A stretch of DNA of 63,678 nucleotides, the filler included, from Craspedostauros australis (Eukaryota), in the NCBI GenBank assembly GCA_030167865.1. It is 11 parts of 11 records of this genome, joined end to end, with 100 filler letters (N's around TTAATTAATTAA, not from the genome) between each part and the next. Parts side by side here need not be neighbours in the genome. Positions count along the whole stretch, not along the records: positions 1 to 13,885 come from JALAGF010006147.1; 10 more parts are not named here. One strand, given 5' to 3'. Position 1 is the first letter of the stretch, and every line of letters begins with the position of its first letter. Made by a program: the position numbers and the translations under genes. Under the pieces are notes generated by a model, which did no database searches, was not told the DNA's origin, and saw only the letters and a list, made by a program, of their open reading frames with translations. Positions 1 to 12,959 of the stretch are shown one piece after another.

Positions 1-140
1 CAAGGTTGAGCTTCCTGTGTTGCTTGGTGTGGGTGAGCGGTGGTTGATGGCCGGCTGTTGCGTTTTGTGGGGTGTGAGGGAGTGGTCTAATTACTATAAT
101 AGTGGTAGAGACGTATCCCGTGAAGGCAACAGATGACTAA

Positions 141-350
141 CTAAATAAGTCGAATGACGGCTATTAAAATCTAATGGCGGCTATTTGAGTCGAATGACGG
201 CTATTTAAATCTAATGACGGCTATTTGAGTCGAGTGACGGCTATTTAAATCTAATGACGGCTATTTGAGTCGAATGACGGCTATTTAAATCTAATGACGG
301 CTATTTGAGTCGANTGACGGCTATTTGAGTCGAACGACGGCTATTAAAAT
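141..350. repeat. 20-bp tandem minisatellite with two mostly alternating variants (about 10 units)
   Basis: Units CTATTTGAGTCGAATGACGG and CTATTTAAATCTAATGACGG alternate in 20-bp register. Confidence 0.95.
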
Positions 351-606
351 CATGGGTTTGGTTGTTGCACGACTTCTCGGGATTAAATCACGAGGCTGTG
401 CTTCAGGGTCATTTTCGGAGTTTCTCCATGATTCTCCCAACAATGAAACTCGAAGCTATGACCCTCGAAGAGTTCCTGAGAACGAAAATATGAGTCGAGA
501 GCATTCTTTTCGCGGGAACATTTGTCATCGCCAAAACAACAAGTTTTAATTGGCTGNNNNNNNNNNNNNNNNNNNNNNNNNNNNNNNNNNNNNNNNNNNN
601 NNNNNN

Positions 607-933
607 TCGAGTGACGGCTATTTAAATCTAATGACGGCTATTTGAGTCGAATGACGGCTATTTAAATCTAATGACGGCTATTTGAGTCGAATGACGGCTA
701 TTTGAGTCGAACGACGGCTATTAAAATCATGGGTTTGGTTGTTGCACGACTTCTCGGGATTAAATCACGAGGCTGTGCTTCAGGGTCATTTTCGGAGTTT
801 CTCCATGATTCTCCCAACAATGAAACTCGAAGCTATGACCCTCGAAGAGTTCCTGAGAACGAAAATATGAGTCGAGAGCATTCTTTTCGCGGGAACATTT
901 GTCATCGCCAAAACAACAAGTTTTAATTGGCTG
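607..933. other. Assembly duplication of 230-556 across a 50-N gap
   Basis: Same sequence at offset 377; the same pattern recurs at most 50-N gaps in the window. Confidence 0.85.
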
Positions 934-1396
934 GGCCAGTCATCTCCAATATCGACTAATTCGACCCTTTTTGCCGGGTGTCCCTGGTGCGACACAAAGC
1001 GACGCAGCGAGAGTGACACCAACGATGACACCTTCCGACACCCACCAACGAGCGCGCAAACACCCCAACAGTTGCAGTAACAACACCAGGAACGCAGCCT
1101 TGACTTCGCAAACTCCATCATCGGGGAACGCATCGACGACACCGTCCTCTGCTTCTTCTTCTCTTACAGCAACTCCACACCAACGATCCTGTCATCAAGG
1201 CGAATCAAGCCCATTCCATCCGAACGATTGGCAGCAGCAGCCGCAGCATCCTCTCTGCAGAGTATCCAACATTCGCCTCCGTCTGGACTGCTCCACGCGC
1301 TTGACACTCTGCAATACATATTATTACAATACCACCCAGGGCAACACAGACATACAACCGGACTTGCTCAACATCCATCCAATTCAATCCTAAACC

Positions 1397-2416
1397 ATGG
1401 GAAATCAGCCATCAGTGAACGGCGGGAACGAGGCGGATGCGCACGGACGCGGCTCGCAGCAGCACCAGCAGCCGCCGCATGCTTCCGATGGGCGCAATTA
1501 CGGCGCGGGGTACAATCAGCAACCGCCGCCGCAGTATTCGGGAGGCCTGCCGTTCGGCAACACGTACCCGGGGACCGGAGGCGCTGGCGGCGGTGCGTCT
1601 GCTTCGGGCGGTGAGAGCAACATCCAACGGTCGAACAGCGACGCCTCCATGACGCTGCTCGATGGCGACAAGACGGCTGCCGCAGTTGCCGGCGCCACGC
1701 CCAACATCCAGGACTTCCTCGACGACAACACGGTGCCCACCGTCTTTCGCTGGGAGCATGGCGGACGTCAGGTCTACATCACCGGCACCTTCAACGGCTG
1801 GTCGCGACAGATCCCCATGCACCGCTCCGGCAACGACTTCACCTACATCCACAACCTCAAGCGCGGCAAGCACGCCTTCAAGTTCATCGTCGACGACGAA
1901 TGGAGGTACGCGCCGGACCAACCCACCGTGGCCGACGTCGAAGGTCGCATCAACAACTTCATCGACGTCACGGACTTCCAGGCCTACACGGGAGACAAGG
2001 AATTCGAAAAGGAGAAGGCGGCCGCCGAGTACGGCGTCAGCTCGGCCGAAGGCGTCGGCGGCGAGGAAAGCAAGATCAGCAAATCCATACCCGAAGAGGA
2101 GGATGAGGACGACGGATCGCCCAAGAAGAACAAGCCCGACAAGGACGGCGAGATCTTCGCGCAATCGATGCCCGATTTCGATGAGTACACGAAGGAACCG
2201 CCGCCGCTGCCACCGCATCTGCGCCAGATCATCCTCAACAAACCGCCCCAGTTACAGGACACGGCAGCGTTGGTCGTGCCGCAGCATGTCGCGTTGAATC
2301 ATCTCTACTGCACGGCGATACGCGACAACATGATGGTGCTGGGCATCACGCAACGGTACAAGACCAAGTTCGTCACCACCGTGTACTATTCACCATGCAA
2401 TGACAAGAAGGCATAG
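1397..2416 (+). CDS. AMPK/SNF1/SnRK1 beta regulatory subunit
   Basis: MGNQPS myristoylation-type N-terminus, CBM48 (VPTVFRWEHGGRQVYITGTFNGW...FKFIVDDEWR), C-terminal ASC domain (PPPLPPHL...HVALNHLY...RYKTKFVTTVYYSP); intact 339-aa ORF. Confidence 0.97.
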   Translation: MGNQPSVNGGNEADAHGRGSQQHQQPPHASDGRNYGAGYNQQPPPQYSGGLPFGNTYPGTGGAGGGASASGGESNIQRSNSDASMTLLDGDKTAAAVAGATPNIQDFLDDNTVPTVFRWEHGGRQVYITGTFNGWSRQIPMHRSGNDFTYIHNLKRGKHAFKFIVDDEWRYAPDQPTVADVEGRINNFIDVTDFQAYTGDKEFEKEKAAAEYGVSSAEGVGGEESKISKSIPEEEDEDDGSPKKNKPDKDGEIFAQSMPDFDEYTKEPPPLPPHLRQIILNKPPQLQDTAALVVPQHVALNHLYCTAIRDNMMVLGITQRYKTKFVTTVYYSPCNDKKA

Positions 2417-3238
2417 CGTGGATAGCATATGCGAGCGGGCTTCATATGAATACATAAATGATTGGATGATTGGTTTGGGTTCGAACGAAGAGTGACAGTC
2501 AGAAAGGAAGGGAACGGGAGATGGTGTTGGGGAACGGCGACCTGCAATCGTCTATTCAAGGAGGAGCCTTGATTGGCTTGCGTGGAAGTACCAGTTTCCA
2601 TCCCTTCATGCTGACCATATCCATTTTGAAATAACTTTCGCATGCTCTCCATCAACGACCATGTTGAGGAACGAAGGCAGGCACATGCGCGAGGTGCCAG
2701 CAATGATGTCCATTGTGTGCCCAGGCGCATTGGCGATCAACATTTCTCCTCAGCGTACCCGTACTCCACGCACACACACACGGTATCAATCAAACTCTCC
2801 ATTCTGATATGTGCTGCGCGATACCACACTTGCCGGCCAATAGATAGTACTACGAATTGTGAGCTGGCTTCTCGAGTACATGCTCGTGTATATATTCCTT
2901 CTTGGTTTGGAGAAGTTTGCTGTGTGACCTCGGACTGTTGTGTCTCAAACCGAAAAGAGTTGAAAATGGAAGCAACGGGAAGCTCCGTGATTTTTCTCAT
3001 GTCTCTAACAATTTCTGCCACACGACTTCGAAATGTTCCATCGCCGACAGCGAATTTGACTCATACGACTAAATACCACGTGCGAACAACAGGTTCCAGA
3101 AATAATGGCCTCCGCCCCAGCCACCATACGCTGAAGTTCACATCACCACAGGGTGCTCTGCTTTGCCAGCACAAAATAGGAAATAGCGGCAGGGCACGAA
3201 CCAGAGCATGCTAGTATGTGTGGCTGTGTAAGTGGTGA

Positions 3239-6192
3239 TTAGACGACTGCGCAGGCAGATTTGGATGGCACAGGGCAAGCCGCGCCTTCTTCTATGACGT
3301 ACGTCTCTTGTGGCAAATCACACACTCCCGCTTGGCTGCAACCGTTGCAGGGGATGGCTGCCGTGCAGACTCCTTTTCTGATGATGATGTCATTGGTTGC
3401 TTTGGCATTGCCGCCAAGATTGTAGCAAATGTTCGTCCCCTCGCACGCACCAGCTTCAACGATCAGGTTTCCTGAAAGTTTGTTCCCGAATTCACCCTGA
3501 TGCAATTGATTGCAAGCGCCCATCCCTTGGCATGCATTTTTGCCGATGAAGATGCTTGCCACGACCGGATCCGTGGTAAAAGACCCTTGGTTGACGCGCC
3601 TAGCCACAAAAAAACATGATTGAATTGTATTGCATGCTCCTTCTTCCACTCGGATATTGCCAAAGATATTGGATCCAATCAAGCTGCAAGTCGCAGGCCC
3701 AGGGCAAGATCTTGGTCCAATCACGGTGAATCCGATTTTCGCACCAGCATGTGGCTTGTTTGGAACGAAACCGCCCACCCCATTGCAGGCATCTGCGCCC
3801 TTGCAACTGTCAAGTATGATCGCGTTGGGACGTTGGCGGGCGCAAGCGCGATCTGCATCACACGACCCTGAGCTCACCGTCATGACACCGCCACGATCAA
3901 GATTATGGGTGCAAGCATCCTCACCTATGCAGCAGTCGCTACCGCACGCAGCCGTCACCAGAGCCGGGCTACCAGTGTAGAACTTCGCGTTCTCGTTCGC
4001 GATCGCCAACAACGCGGTGGTCACACTTTCGTCGTTCTTGATCTTATCAAAGCGTTCCTGAGCCACCCCGAACGTCACGGGTCCTGGAGGGGTTGCATCA
4101 TTGCATCCAAAGATGCTCTTGATCATTTTGGCTGCACCATCGCCGAGTGTATTGATAGAATTGACAAAGTCGGCACAAGCTCCGGTCGCGCCATCGCAGC
4201 TGACCACAGTGTCAACGGGGTTGAATGTCGATGATGCACCTCCCGGAGTTTCGAGACAGCCAACTTGAATGGTGGCTGGGGGACCAGTTGGTGCCATGGT
4301 AACCGTTGGCACTTCGGTTGGAGCAATGGATTCCGAAGGAGCCCAGCTGGGGGTGTCTGACGGCGCATCAGTTGGTGCTACGGATTCCGTAGGAGCCCAG
4401 CTGGGGGCGTCCGACGGCACAGTTGACGGCCTGTCAGATAAGGGTAGAGTTGGCATCGAGGATGGTTGGTCGGATGGGGCACTGGAAGGTTGGTCAGACG
4501 GAAGGTCTGACGGAAGTGAACTTGGGCTGTCCGAAGGCTGTGAGCTTGGGACATCGGATGGATTTTCGGAAGGAATGCCGGAAGGAGCCGTGGAAGGCGA
4601 TGCAGTTGGCATATTCGATGCCAAGATCGTTGGATTGGAGGTAGGTCGTCTTGTCATGGTCGGAAGAGGAGTTGGAAAGAAGGTCGGGGTCTCTGTGGGC
4701 AAGCTGTCTTTTCCAATGCAGTACTCCTCCACCCTCTCCCCAGTCGGATTGCCACCGGAGCTGCTGTCTCCCTTGGGGCAAGCTCCATCGGTGTTGCTGA
4801 TGAGATACGCCCCACCGTTGTCGCAGTCTTCTGCGGTGATGCATCCCCTGCAAGTGCCGGCGACACTGCACTCACCAGGAGCGACGATGATATCCATTCC
4901 CAACCTGTCGTTGAAGCCAATCTTTTCGCAGGAGCGATCCTTTGTGCAACTGCCATCGCCAATGGTCAGGCTTCCTTCGCGCTTGCCGGCAGTGCCATAA
5001 TTGACTGTAGAATGAGCATCCTTGCAGGCATCGATGCCAACGCATGCATTCGGTCCAATGTTGATGTGGCTTGGGAAACGGTTGGACGTCTTCTGCTGAC
5101 TGCGGCGTCCAGCTGCGTTGCATGCGTCTGGGCCAACGCAAGAGGCGTCCAGGACGACGACATTCCCGTAAGAGCGATGCCCCACTCCCTCACATGATCC
5201 TGGATTGGTGCATGAGGCTTCACCCACGAAGGTGACTCCCGCAACGGATGGATTGAGATCATTTTCATTCATGGATTCGCATGCACTCACGCCAGTGCAG
5301 GAGAAATCGAGGATGAGGGGATTCGGCCCGATGTTCTTGCATGCGCTGTCGCCGGTGCAGCTGGTGATGGCGACGGTCATGAATGGTGGAGAGCTGGAAG
5401 CGAAAGCGGCGGCAGAAGTGCACCCCGAGGATCCCTGGCAGCATGGGTCTGCGACGACAGGCGATTGCATCGCAGCGATGGCCGCGCATGCTGCCTTCAT
5501 GGCATCCGGACGTTCGGTGACGAGGGTCGCGCTAGTGGAGGCGATCATCGTGAGTTGCTCAGCGAGCACAGTGTCTGTTGCGTACTTGTTGAAGAGCTTG
5601 CGCGCGGCTCCTTCGCTGAGGTCTCCAGCACAAGCGAAGAAGTTCTGCAGCTCTGCGGATTCCTTCACGGCAGTCACGGCCTCGCGGCACGATGGCTTGG
5701 TGGCATCGCAGATGATGGTCTTGGCGCTGGCTTCGGCAAGGGTGAGGGCGGTGGCACCGTCTGGGTTGCAAGCGACTTCGATGGTGGCATCGAAGGAGTC
5801 TGGGTCAGATGTTGGTTGAGTGGTAGGCGGCATCGAGGGCATCTCAGCTGGAGGGCCCGTCGGCGGGCCGGTCGGTTCATGCGTCGGCGAGGCAGTCGGA
5901 GGGCCCGTGGGCCGGCAGTCGGCGATCCAGTCGGCAACGCGGTTGGCGCAGAGGTCTCTGGAGTACCCGGGTTGTCTGTGGGAGGCTCTCGTTCGGCCTT
6001 GTTTTGTTTCGCCGCCTTCGCGTTGTCATCAGCGCCGACCTTGAGAGCGCGGATCCTGTTCATCGCCGTACGGAGTTCCTTGGTTGGATCCACGGGGGTC
6101 CGGTTGCCACGGAGCACGGCGTGAGTCAATGGCATGTTGGAGAGGAAGAGCACAGCCACGATGGCTGCCTTCATGTTGATCACGTGGATCAT
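3239..6192 (-). CDS. Secreted Cys-rich protein with two homologous CxGxxAC-repeat domains and P/S/T-rich linkers; 1-bp frameshift near 5910
   Basis: ORF 6192..5674 has a signal peptide (MKAAIVAVLFLSNMPLTHA-VLRG); adding one base at GGCCC-ACG gives ...TAGPTGPPTASPTHEPTGPP... and joins the 867-aa ORF 5842..3239. Confidence 0.85.
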
Positions 6193-8363
6193 GGTTGCTT
6201 GCTGATTGTCGGTTGCTTGGATTGTGTGCTGTGATTCATTTTCGTGTTAGACACGAATAGAGCAGCACAGCGAGGAGTAGAGAAGTGTGGAGTGCGCGAG
6301 CATACGTACTCGTACCGGCGGGATGCGAGAGGTGTGGGGTTGAGTTGAGTTGGGCAGAGCAGAGCGGAGTTGGAGGCGATGACACATTATGCCACCAACA
6401 TACAAAGCAAACGCATGATCGGAACGACAAGCGCGGGGGACGCGTGGCATCACTACGCATCACACCTCTCATGACGATGGCAGGCAGCTGATCCGATGGG
6501 AGCATCCTCCCCAGATGCTGCCGGTGATGCTGATGGTCCCGATGTGTGCATCTGCTTGAGGCAGCACGCTGTGTCGGGTAGGACGAGCGCTGCGAACGAA
6601 TCCTCCCGTCATTGGTTCCTCGCCACGCAGACATTCATTCATCTCGCAAACCTGCGTCTGTAATCGACCGACGAGCGGAACGTACCTTTGGTTTGTATCT
6701 GGGTTTGGCCGGAGAGAGGCTTGTGATCACCTGGCAATGCTTGTCGATTGCTGTGTGGCGATACTGTGCTTCGGAGTACGATCTGTTCGTCGATTGTTTT
6801 TATGAGAGATGCTGTGTGGATGTTGTCGAAGGCAAGAAAGTGATCGTCACAGACGCAAATCCACTTGCACGTGTAGCGAGAGACACTGAGACGCAGCGTG
6901 CGATGGACACCGTGGTTTTGTTGTTGCATCAACGACAGATGCACACTCCTCCCTCCACTACTCTTCTCGTGCTTGCACACACACACTTGTGGAGTCGAGT
7001 ATTTGGAGGGGCATTGCTCATTCATTATTCATTCATTCGTTCGTTTGTTTGCCTCGTTCATCCGCCTGTCGCTCATGGGAACCTTCACCTCTTCAACGCA
7101 GTCCAACAGCGTGATCTGCACCAACGACGGCTGGTTCCAAAACAAAGAGACTCGTTTCAGTGCTGTCAGTGCGTGTGCATGTGTTCGTACGAATTGGATG
7201 AGTTTGACCCCGTTTCGTTCGCACTCGCGTTGATAGCGTGGTTGGTAGAAGTTGTACTATGGTGCACCACTGGTGAAGTTGGTTGGCCATTCCAGCGTCT
7301 ATTTTCTCCGTGACCACATTCACCCATTTCTCAACGTTGTCTCGCTGAACCTGTGGTCACGACCACCTCCGAAAGAACTGAACGCCGCACACATCGCGAA
7401 TAGCATTTCTTGGCCGGCTCGATTTATTGGTCTGTGTCACGAAGAAAATACGGGAATGGTGCCCGTACTGAATTGGTGCCGCGATGTGACACAGTAGCAT
7501 GCACAGTCCCCGAAAGTCAGGCATAGCCGCAAGTAAGGGGCCTGTTGAGTTCCCACCACAAGGCGCATAGTACTCGCAAAGTATTGCCGTCTATTTATAC
7601 AGAGGTGTGTTGATGGTCTTGTTGCCACCAACGTCAGCAAAACACTTCTCCGACTCGCGCCATTCTCCTGATTCGGACATTCGTTGGAGAGAACTCGTAA
7701 GATCGAACAAGGTGCGTCAAAGCGACAACGTGTGTCCTCACCTCGTGTGTGGTCACGTTGCCACCATCCGATGCATTGGTAGAAGACAGACATGCAGGGA
7801 TGCAACACCAGAGAGCCAGAGCGTTGGATGGAGTTGCCAAGGAGAGACACTGCACTTCAATGTGCTCCATGTGATAGACTCGTAGATGCTGCAGTCGAAC
7901 AGTCCTCTCAATCATTCTAAACACATGTTCTGTCTCTGTCAGAGAAACTCTGTCGTCACAAAAAAAGCAGCGCGAGAGCAGCGACATTCGTACCAGCATC
8001 ATGATTAGCAACAAAAGTAGAGACATTGACGACGGCATCACCAATGGCAGCGCATCACGAGCGTGTGCACGAAGAGAAGCACAACTGAGAGCAAGACCAA
8101 GACCAACCGTAAGCTCATCGCCATGGACGTCATTGGCTTTTTTTGTAAAGTGTTCTCTCGACGAAGATTAAACAAGACTGGCTTGGCGAAACGAAAATGT
8201 GAAGGAAAGCTTGTGCGCCTGGCGTTCGTGAGTGGCGTGACCAGACGACGGAAGCGGGGAAGTGGTCGTGGCAATGTCCCAGACCTTCGAGGCGCAGCAA
8301 TTCCGACAGTCGACAACTCGCAACGAACCATTAACACTCCAGACAGAGAAACAAGAAAGACGA

Positions 8364-8383
8364 AGAGAGAGAGAGAGAGAGAG
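8364..8383. repeat. (AG)10 microsatellite
   Basis: Direct reading. Confidence 0.9.
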
Positions 8384-8760
8384 CAGGAGCGATGGCAGAC
8401 CAGCTCACGTTGGTTGAGACAAGACGGCGCAGCCGAAGCGCTGGTCGATTCGCACGTGTTGAGTGTGAGGCATGATGCTTCACTCCGGCGTTGAGTGCTG
8501 TCTCTCTCCCTCCCAAAAGTTCTGCACTTTGCTCGAAATGACTTTTGGATTCTTCGTGAGGATTCACCTCATTCGACAATCGAATCGATGGACACGATGG
8601 CAACCGCACACACAGATTCCATTTCAGTGAGTATCGGTTTGATAGTATTAACGTATTCGTTCACAAGTATCTCTCAGACAAAGTAATTACTCTATGCCTG
8701 TGGTACCAAGTGGAATGAGCTCAACCAAGCCTGGGATGATTCCAGGATCCTCGTTGCATT

Positions 8761-9933
8761 CTCCAACACAATCCTGACGATCTTGATGATGCTGTCGTGG
8801 TACACGTACATTTTGGAATGGCAGGCAACTGGGCGGTGTACCCGTACAACCACAGCAATGAAGATCCACCACCAGAACCAACCAAAACGAACCGCGTACG
8901 ATTGGAGTCTGGTGATATTGCGGCCGATCTGGCAGCCATGACCATGCAGCACAGTGACATGTCGTTGTACAACAACAAACAATGCAAGTTGGGTGAAGAT
9001 CCCTTGTGTGCCGATGTCGATCCAGAAGCGTTGTGGCAGCGAATCCAGGGATCCAAGAAGTCCATCAGTGCATTGCTGATGGATCAGAGCTACTTTGCTG
9101 GCCCTGGGAACATCTACCGTGCGGAGATCTTGTTCAAGGCGGGCGTGCATCCCGACGTGCTGGGCAGGGCACTGGAGCGCTCCCAATTCGACCGGGTGTG
9201 GGCACACACCGTCGCATTGCTACTGCGTGGATTCGAGACGGGTTCCACCCTGACGGTGGATCCTTCTGAAGCCAAGGCGTTGGGAAGGTCGAGACTGTAC
9301 ATCTACAACACCTCTAGATGTCCCCGCTGTTCCACTCACATCCAGACCTGACAGATCGCGAATCGCAGGTGTTACGCTTGTCCCAGATGTCGACCGGTGC
9401 ATGGCAGTGACCTGAAGAGCACAGTGATCACCAATGCAGTGAAGTCAACGAAGATAACGCAGACAGCGAAGATGGCGAAGGTAACGAAGGTAGCGAAGAT
9501 AGCAATGACAAACGCTGTATCTCGCACCGCATCCCGCACCACGTCTCACGCCAACACAGTGAAAGAGAATCGCGTTCCATTCAATTCGCACTGTGCACCT
9601 GAATCAGTGACGCAACGATTGCAGGCCGACGGGCCTGGAAGGCTCAACATTCGTGAAATCAAGAGCGAGTTACATCGTCGAGGCCAGACGATTGTCACAA
9701 ACTCGAAGAAGGCAGTGTTGGTGCAGCAGCTGGAGCACGTCCTATCGAAGGATGCCGTGATGGTGTCGGCGGAAGATGATGCGATGGAGAAGGCCATGGC
9801 AGGGGAGAGTTTGGCGGTGGAACACATTGCGGAATTGGGACCATCGCAGGCCCGCAAGGCCAGGCAACGGGCGGTAGCGACAGTGATAGCAATACCGATA
9901 GCGATCAAGAGAGAACCAATCACTGTCGAGTAG
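8761..9933 (+). pseudogene. Fpg/Nei-family DNA glycosylase with H2TH, zinc finger and C-terminal SAP domain; 5'-truncated, internal TGA at 9349-9351
   Basis: VHFGMAG, LGEDPL, LLMDQSYFAGPGNIYRAEILF, CPRC...*QIANRRCYACPRC; ORFs 8797..9351 and 9397..9933 share a frame; LNIREIKSELHRRG...KKAVLVQQL is SAP-like; no catalytic N-terminus upstream. Confidence 0.85.
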
Positions 9934-10498
9934 TCCACAGATTCGGACGGGGATTGATGACGCTGCGGATACTGGTACGTATGATTCGTGCTCAACTGCG
10001 GAGAATGAGGGTGGTATTACAAAATTAGAGGAGGAATTGGCACAGAGAGAGAGAGACTCCATTCACTTCGAAGACGCGAAAGCTGCACCGATCGAGTGCT
10101 CGATAACGACAAGCGATGGGAGCTGTTCTGGAGTAGATAGAGCTGCACCAGCGCTGGTGGTGGACGGATGGACGTGATCGTGTCGATGAGGGTGTAGCAG
10201 ATTCAACATGATATGAACATGCCTCTGTGTCCATGCTTCATCGTCGATGTTTTTGCATTCGCTTACTTTTGCTATTCCTGCCGGCGTTTCTCTACCGTGC
10301 TATCCTTGTGAGTGGTCATCACGCAACGCAGAGTACGAGTATAGTAGTCGGATCCTTCCAAAAACGACCAACGCAGATTACTACTACTCATACAACGTGC
10401 GTCCACCTTCCCCGTCACCATTGCTGTCATCTATAGAGCTTGCGCAAATATAATAGATTGGTTGATTCGTGCGAGTGGAGCATGGTGTAGTTACACTC

Positions 10499-11035
10499 CT
10501 AGTTCTTCCATGATGTTCCCTCATTGGTGCATGCCACAATCACATCACCGATCAAAGTCATGGCCTCTGCAGCCTTGGCATGCGCCACGATGGAATCCAC
10601 GACGGTGGGCAAAGGTGTGTTCTTGAATGATGTCGACGACGATGGCGACGATGATGATGACAGCGACGAGGTGACCCATCCATTGAGCTGCTCGAAATTC
10701 ATGTAGTAACCTTCACCCGACAGGACCTTGCGACATGCATCCTGAATGATTTCATCCATCTCTATCTTGGTGACCTTCCACAAGGCCTCCACCTGCAGCA
10801 CAAACAGCAGTGCTTTCTGGGCCTCGAACTGTTGCAGGAAGAGGAGGTCTTCCTCGTCGTAGTTGCTGACAGCGTCTCCATCTGAGTCATCAAACATCAA
10901 GGTGTGATGATCCAACAGGAGCCAATCACCTTCCAAATCCATATCGAAATCGCTGACACCGTTGTTGTTGTCATTGTCATTGTTGTTGTTGATGTCACCA
11001 TCCAAGTAAGACTTCCCCTTGTTGCCCTGTTCCAA
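10499..11035 (-). pseudogene. C-terminal fragment resembling a DnaJ X-domain protein; probably the remnant of a longer degenerate gene extending toward ~12300
   Basis: VEALWKVTKIEMDEIIQDACRKVL...AEAMTLIGDV resembles the DnaJ-X C-terminus; upstream frames are broken by stops. Confidence 0.45.
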
Positions 11036-12665
11036 CTGTTCCTTTTGTTGTCAATGCTGCTTGCGTTGATGTTGCTGTTCCTTCCACAGTTCTTCTTGCA
11101 AACCCCGCACTTTCTGTTGGCAAGTTCCATGGACGGATACCTTGCGATCATGGAAGATAGTGTTGATTGATAGTTGTTCTGTTTGCTATTTCAATTGTTG
11201 AGCACTCCAATCCTCTTGGTGTCTCCGTTCTCTTGCCTGATGCTCTTGGCACGTCTGTCTGTTTCATAGATTGGGTCTCCAACTATGAGCCAGTACACAA
11301 GATGCTCTCTCACTGCCATTGTATTCTCTCTCTCCTCAATGTTGCATGTTCATGTTACACGATACTCCGTGCTTGATGCGTACTCTGCATTTGACACTCC
11401 GTTTGTTCACTACTGACTCCTTCTCCACAAGCACTTACCACTTGAACTCCTCCTTGTGTGCCCATGATCTTGATGCCCTTTGGTCATCAACTCTTCACCT
11501 TCTACTTCTGACATGGAGACAGATGTTGACATGGTGACACAATGACATCCTGTCAACGTCAGTTGTTGTCTTCCTGTTCTCCAGATGTCACATTCCATTG
11601 ATGATGCGATGGTCTGTCAGATGACATCATCATCTGGGGTTTAGTTGGGAGGTACCTCAAGCTTTGCTCAATACCATACTCTTGGTGTTTGTGTGGTGAT
11701 CGAAGCAACAGCGGCTCCACTTTCTGTTGCCTTTCTTGTTGTCTCCGATATTCTGGAAATGTCTTCTGATTCCTTGGACTGCATGGGGTGCTGGTCAGAC
11801 TTTGCCATCGGTGGGGAACACTCATCGAGTAGTCATTTTGTAGGCCATTCGCCTAACGAGGGGACAACGTATCACAGAAGCCCGGACACACGAAATGAGA
11901 CTATTCAAGGAGGGTCTCAGCAAGCACCATGGAGTACACATACCCGTACTTCTCTCATTTGTCTTGGAGCAAGCTCAGGTGCAAGGTGTGAGGTACAAGG
12001 TACTGGGACAGACCAAAGCACAAGTTCTCTCAAGAGCGCAGAGTATCAGTAGTGCTCTATCATGCTCGTCGAGCGCATTGGTATTGGCATGTCTTGACGG
12101 CCACCCTATCTCATCCCTCTCCCTCGTCTCTCGCTGCAAGATGTTGCCCGACCAAGCTGATCTTGCGAATGACGACCAAGGATGTCTGACGTCGTCCTGC
12201 ATCGTGGTCGTGGTGTCGCTATAATCATCCTCCAGAGGACGATTGTTGCGATTGTATTCGTACTCGTACTCGTACCTATGCATGACAAGTGCCATCTGGA
12301 CTCATCCATTTGTCGACCACATCACCACCTCAACCGATCGCTGATGGGGCGAACGGATGCACACACCGCAGGTCATTACACCCTCCCACATGATGGATCT
12401 CTTCGTTCGGAAAGAATCGTTTCAACGGTGGCATGGATTCGAATGGACGCTAACGAAACTGAGGGATTCTCGATCGTGAGTTCCCCTGGTTTCTAGAATA
12501 CTTTGAATGACCTGCACATGCAATGATACATGAGCACACATTCTCGTTGTATCGTATGGTGTTGTACGAGTATGATGGCGCAGGAGGATAATGAATAGGA
12601 GTGCACAGCGGTAGTACCTATCATCACTTGTGTGTGGGCAGGACTGCGCACCATCCATCGCCCAT

Positions 12666-12700
12666 CATGCACCATGCACCATGCACCATACACCATGCAC
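12666..12700. repeat. Heptamer tandem repeat (CATGCAC)x5
   Basis: Direct reading, one mismatch. Confidence 0.85.
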
Positions 12701-12959
12701 TATACATCGTGGATAAACTAGCCAGTGCACGAATAGATGATGAAAGAGTATGAGTATGGATGTGAACATGAGTATTATTATACATGGATTTGTCGTTGTT
12801 TAGTGAACATTCTGTCGTGTGTGTTTTGTCTTGTGTTCTGCATGACATTTGTGATATCCGTCGCGATTCCCCTTCGCCCCCTTTGTGTTGGTACATAGCT
12901 GAGTCTTGAATCAGCTTACAACAGCTCGTAGAGCAGCTCATAGAGCAGAGTAGAACATT

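Noticed and set aside
141..730. CRISPR-like appearance of the repeat array
   Set aside because: The intervening sequences are two recurring 8-mers, not unique spacers; no cas genes; eukaryotic context
325..926. Two identical 74-aa ORFs
   Set aside because: Non-ATG starts inside the minisatellite, duplicated by the assembly artefact, no motif
1412..2297. Long antisense and alternate-frame ORFs over the AMPK beta gene (likewise over the Cys-rich gene and pol genes)
   Set aside because: Shadow ORFs expected from GC-rich codon bias
6236..8700. Numerous 60-230 aa ORFs
   Set aside because: No motifs, overlap on both strands and include microsatellites; treated as intergenic
9349..9351. Selenocysteine codon or alternative genetic code
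   Set aside because: The UGA is not at a zinc-ligand Cys position, no SECIS was identified, TGG is used for Trp throughout and TGA ends other ORFs
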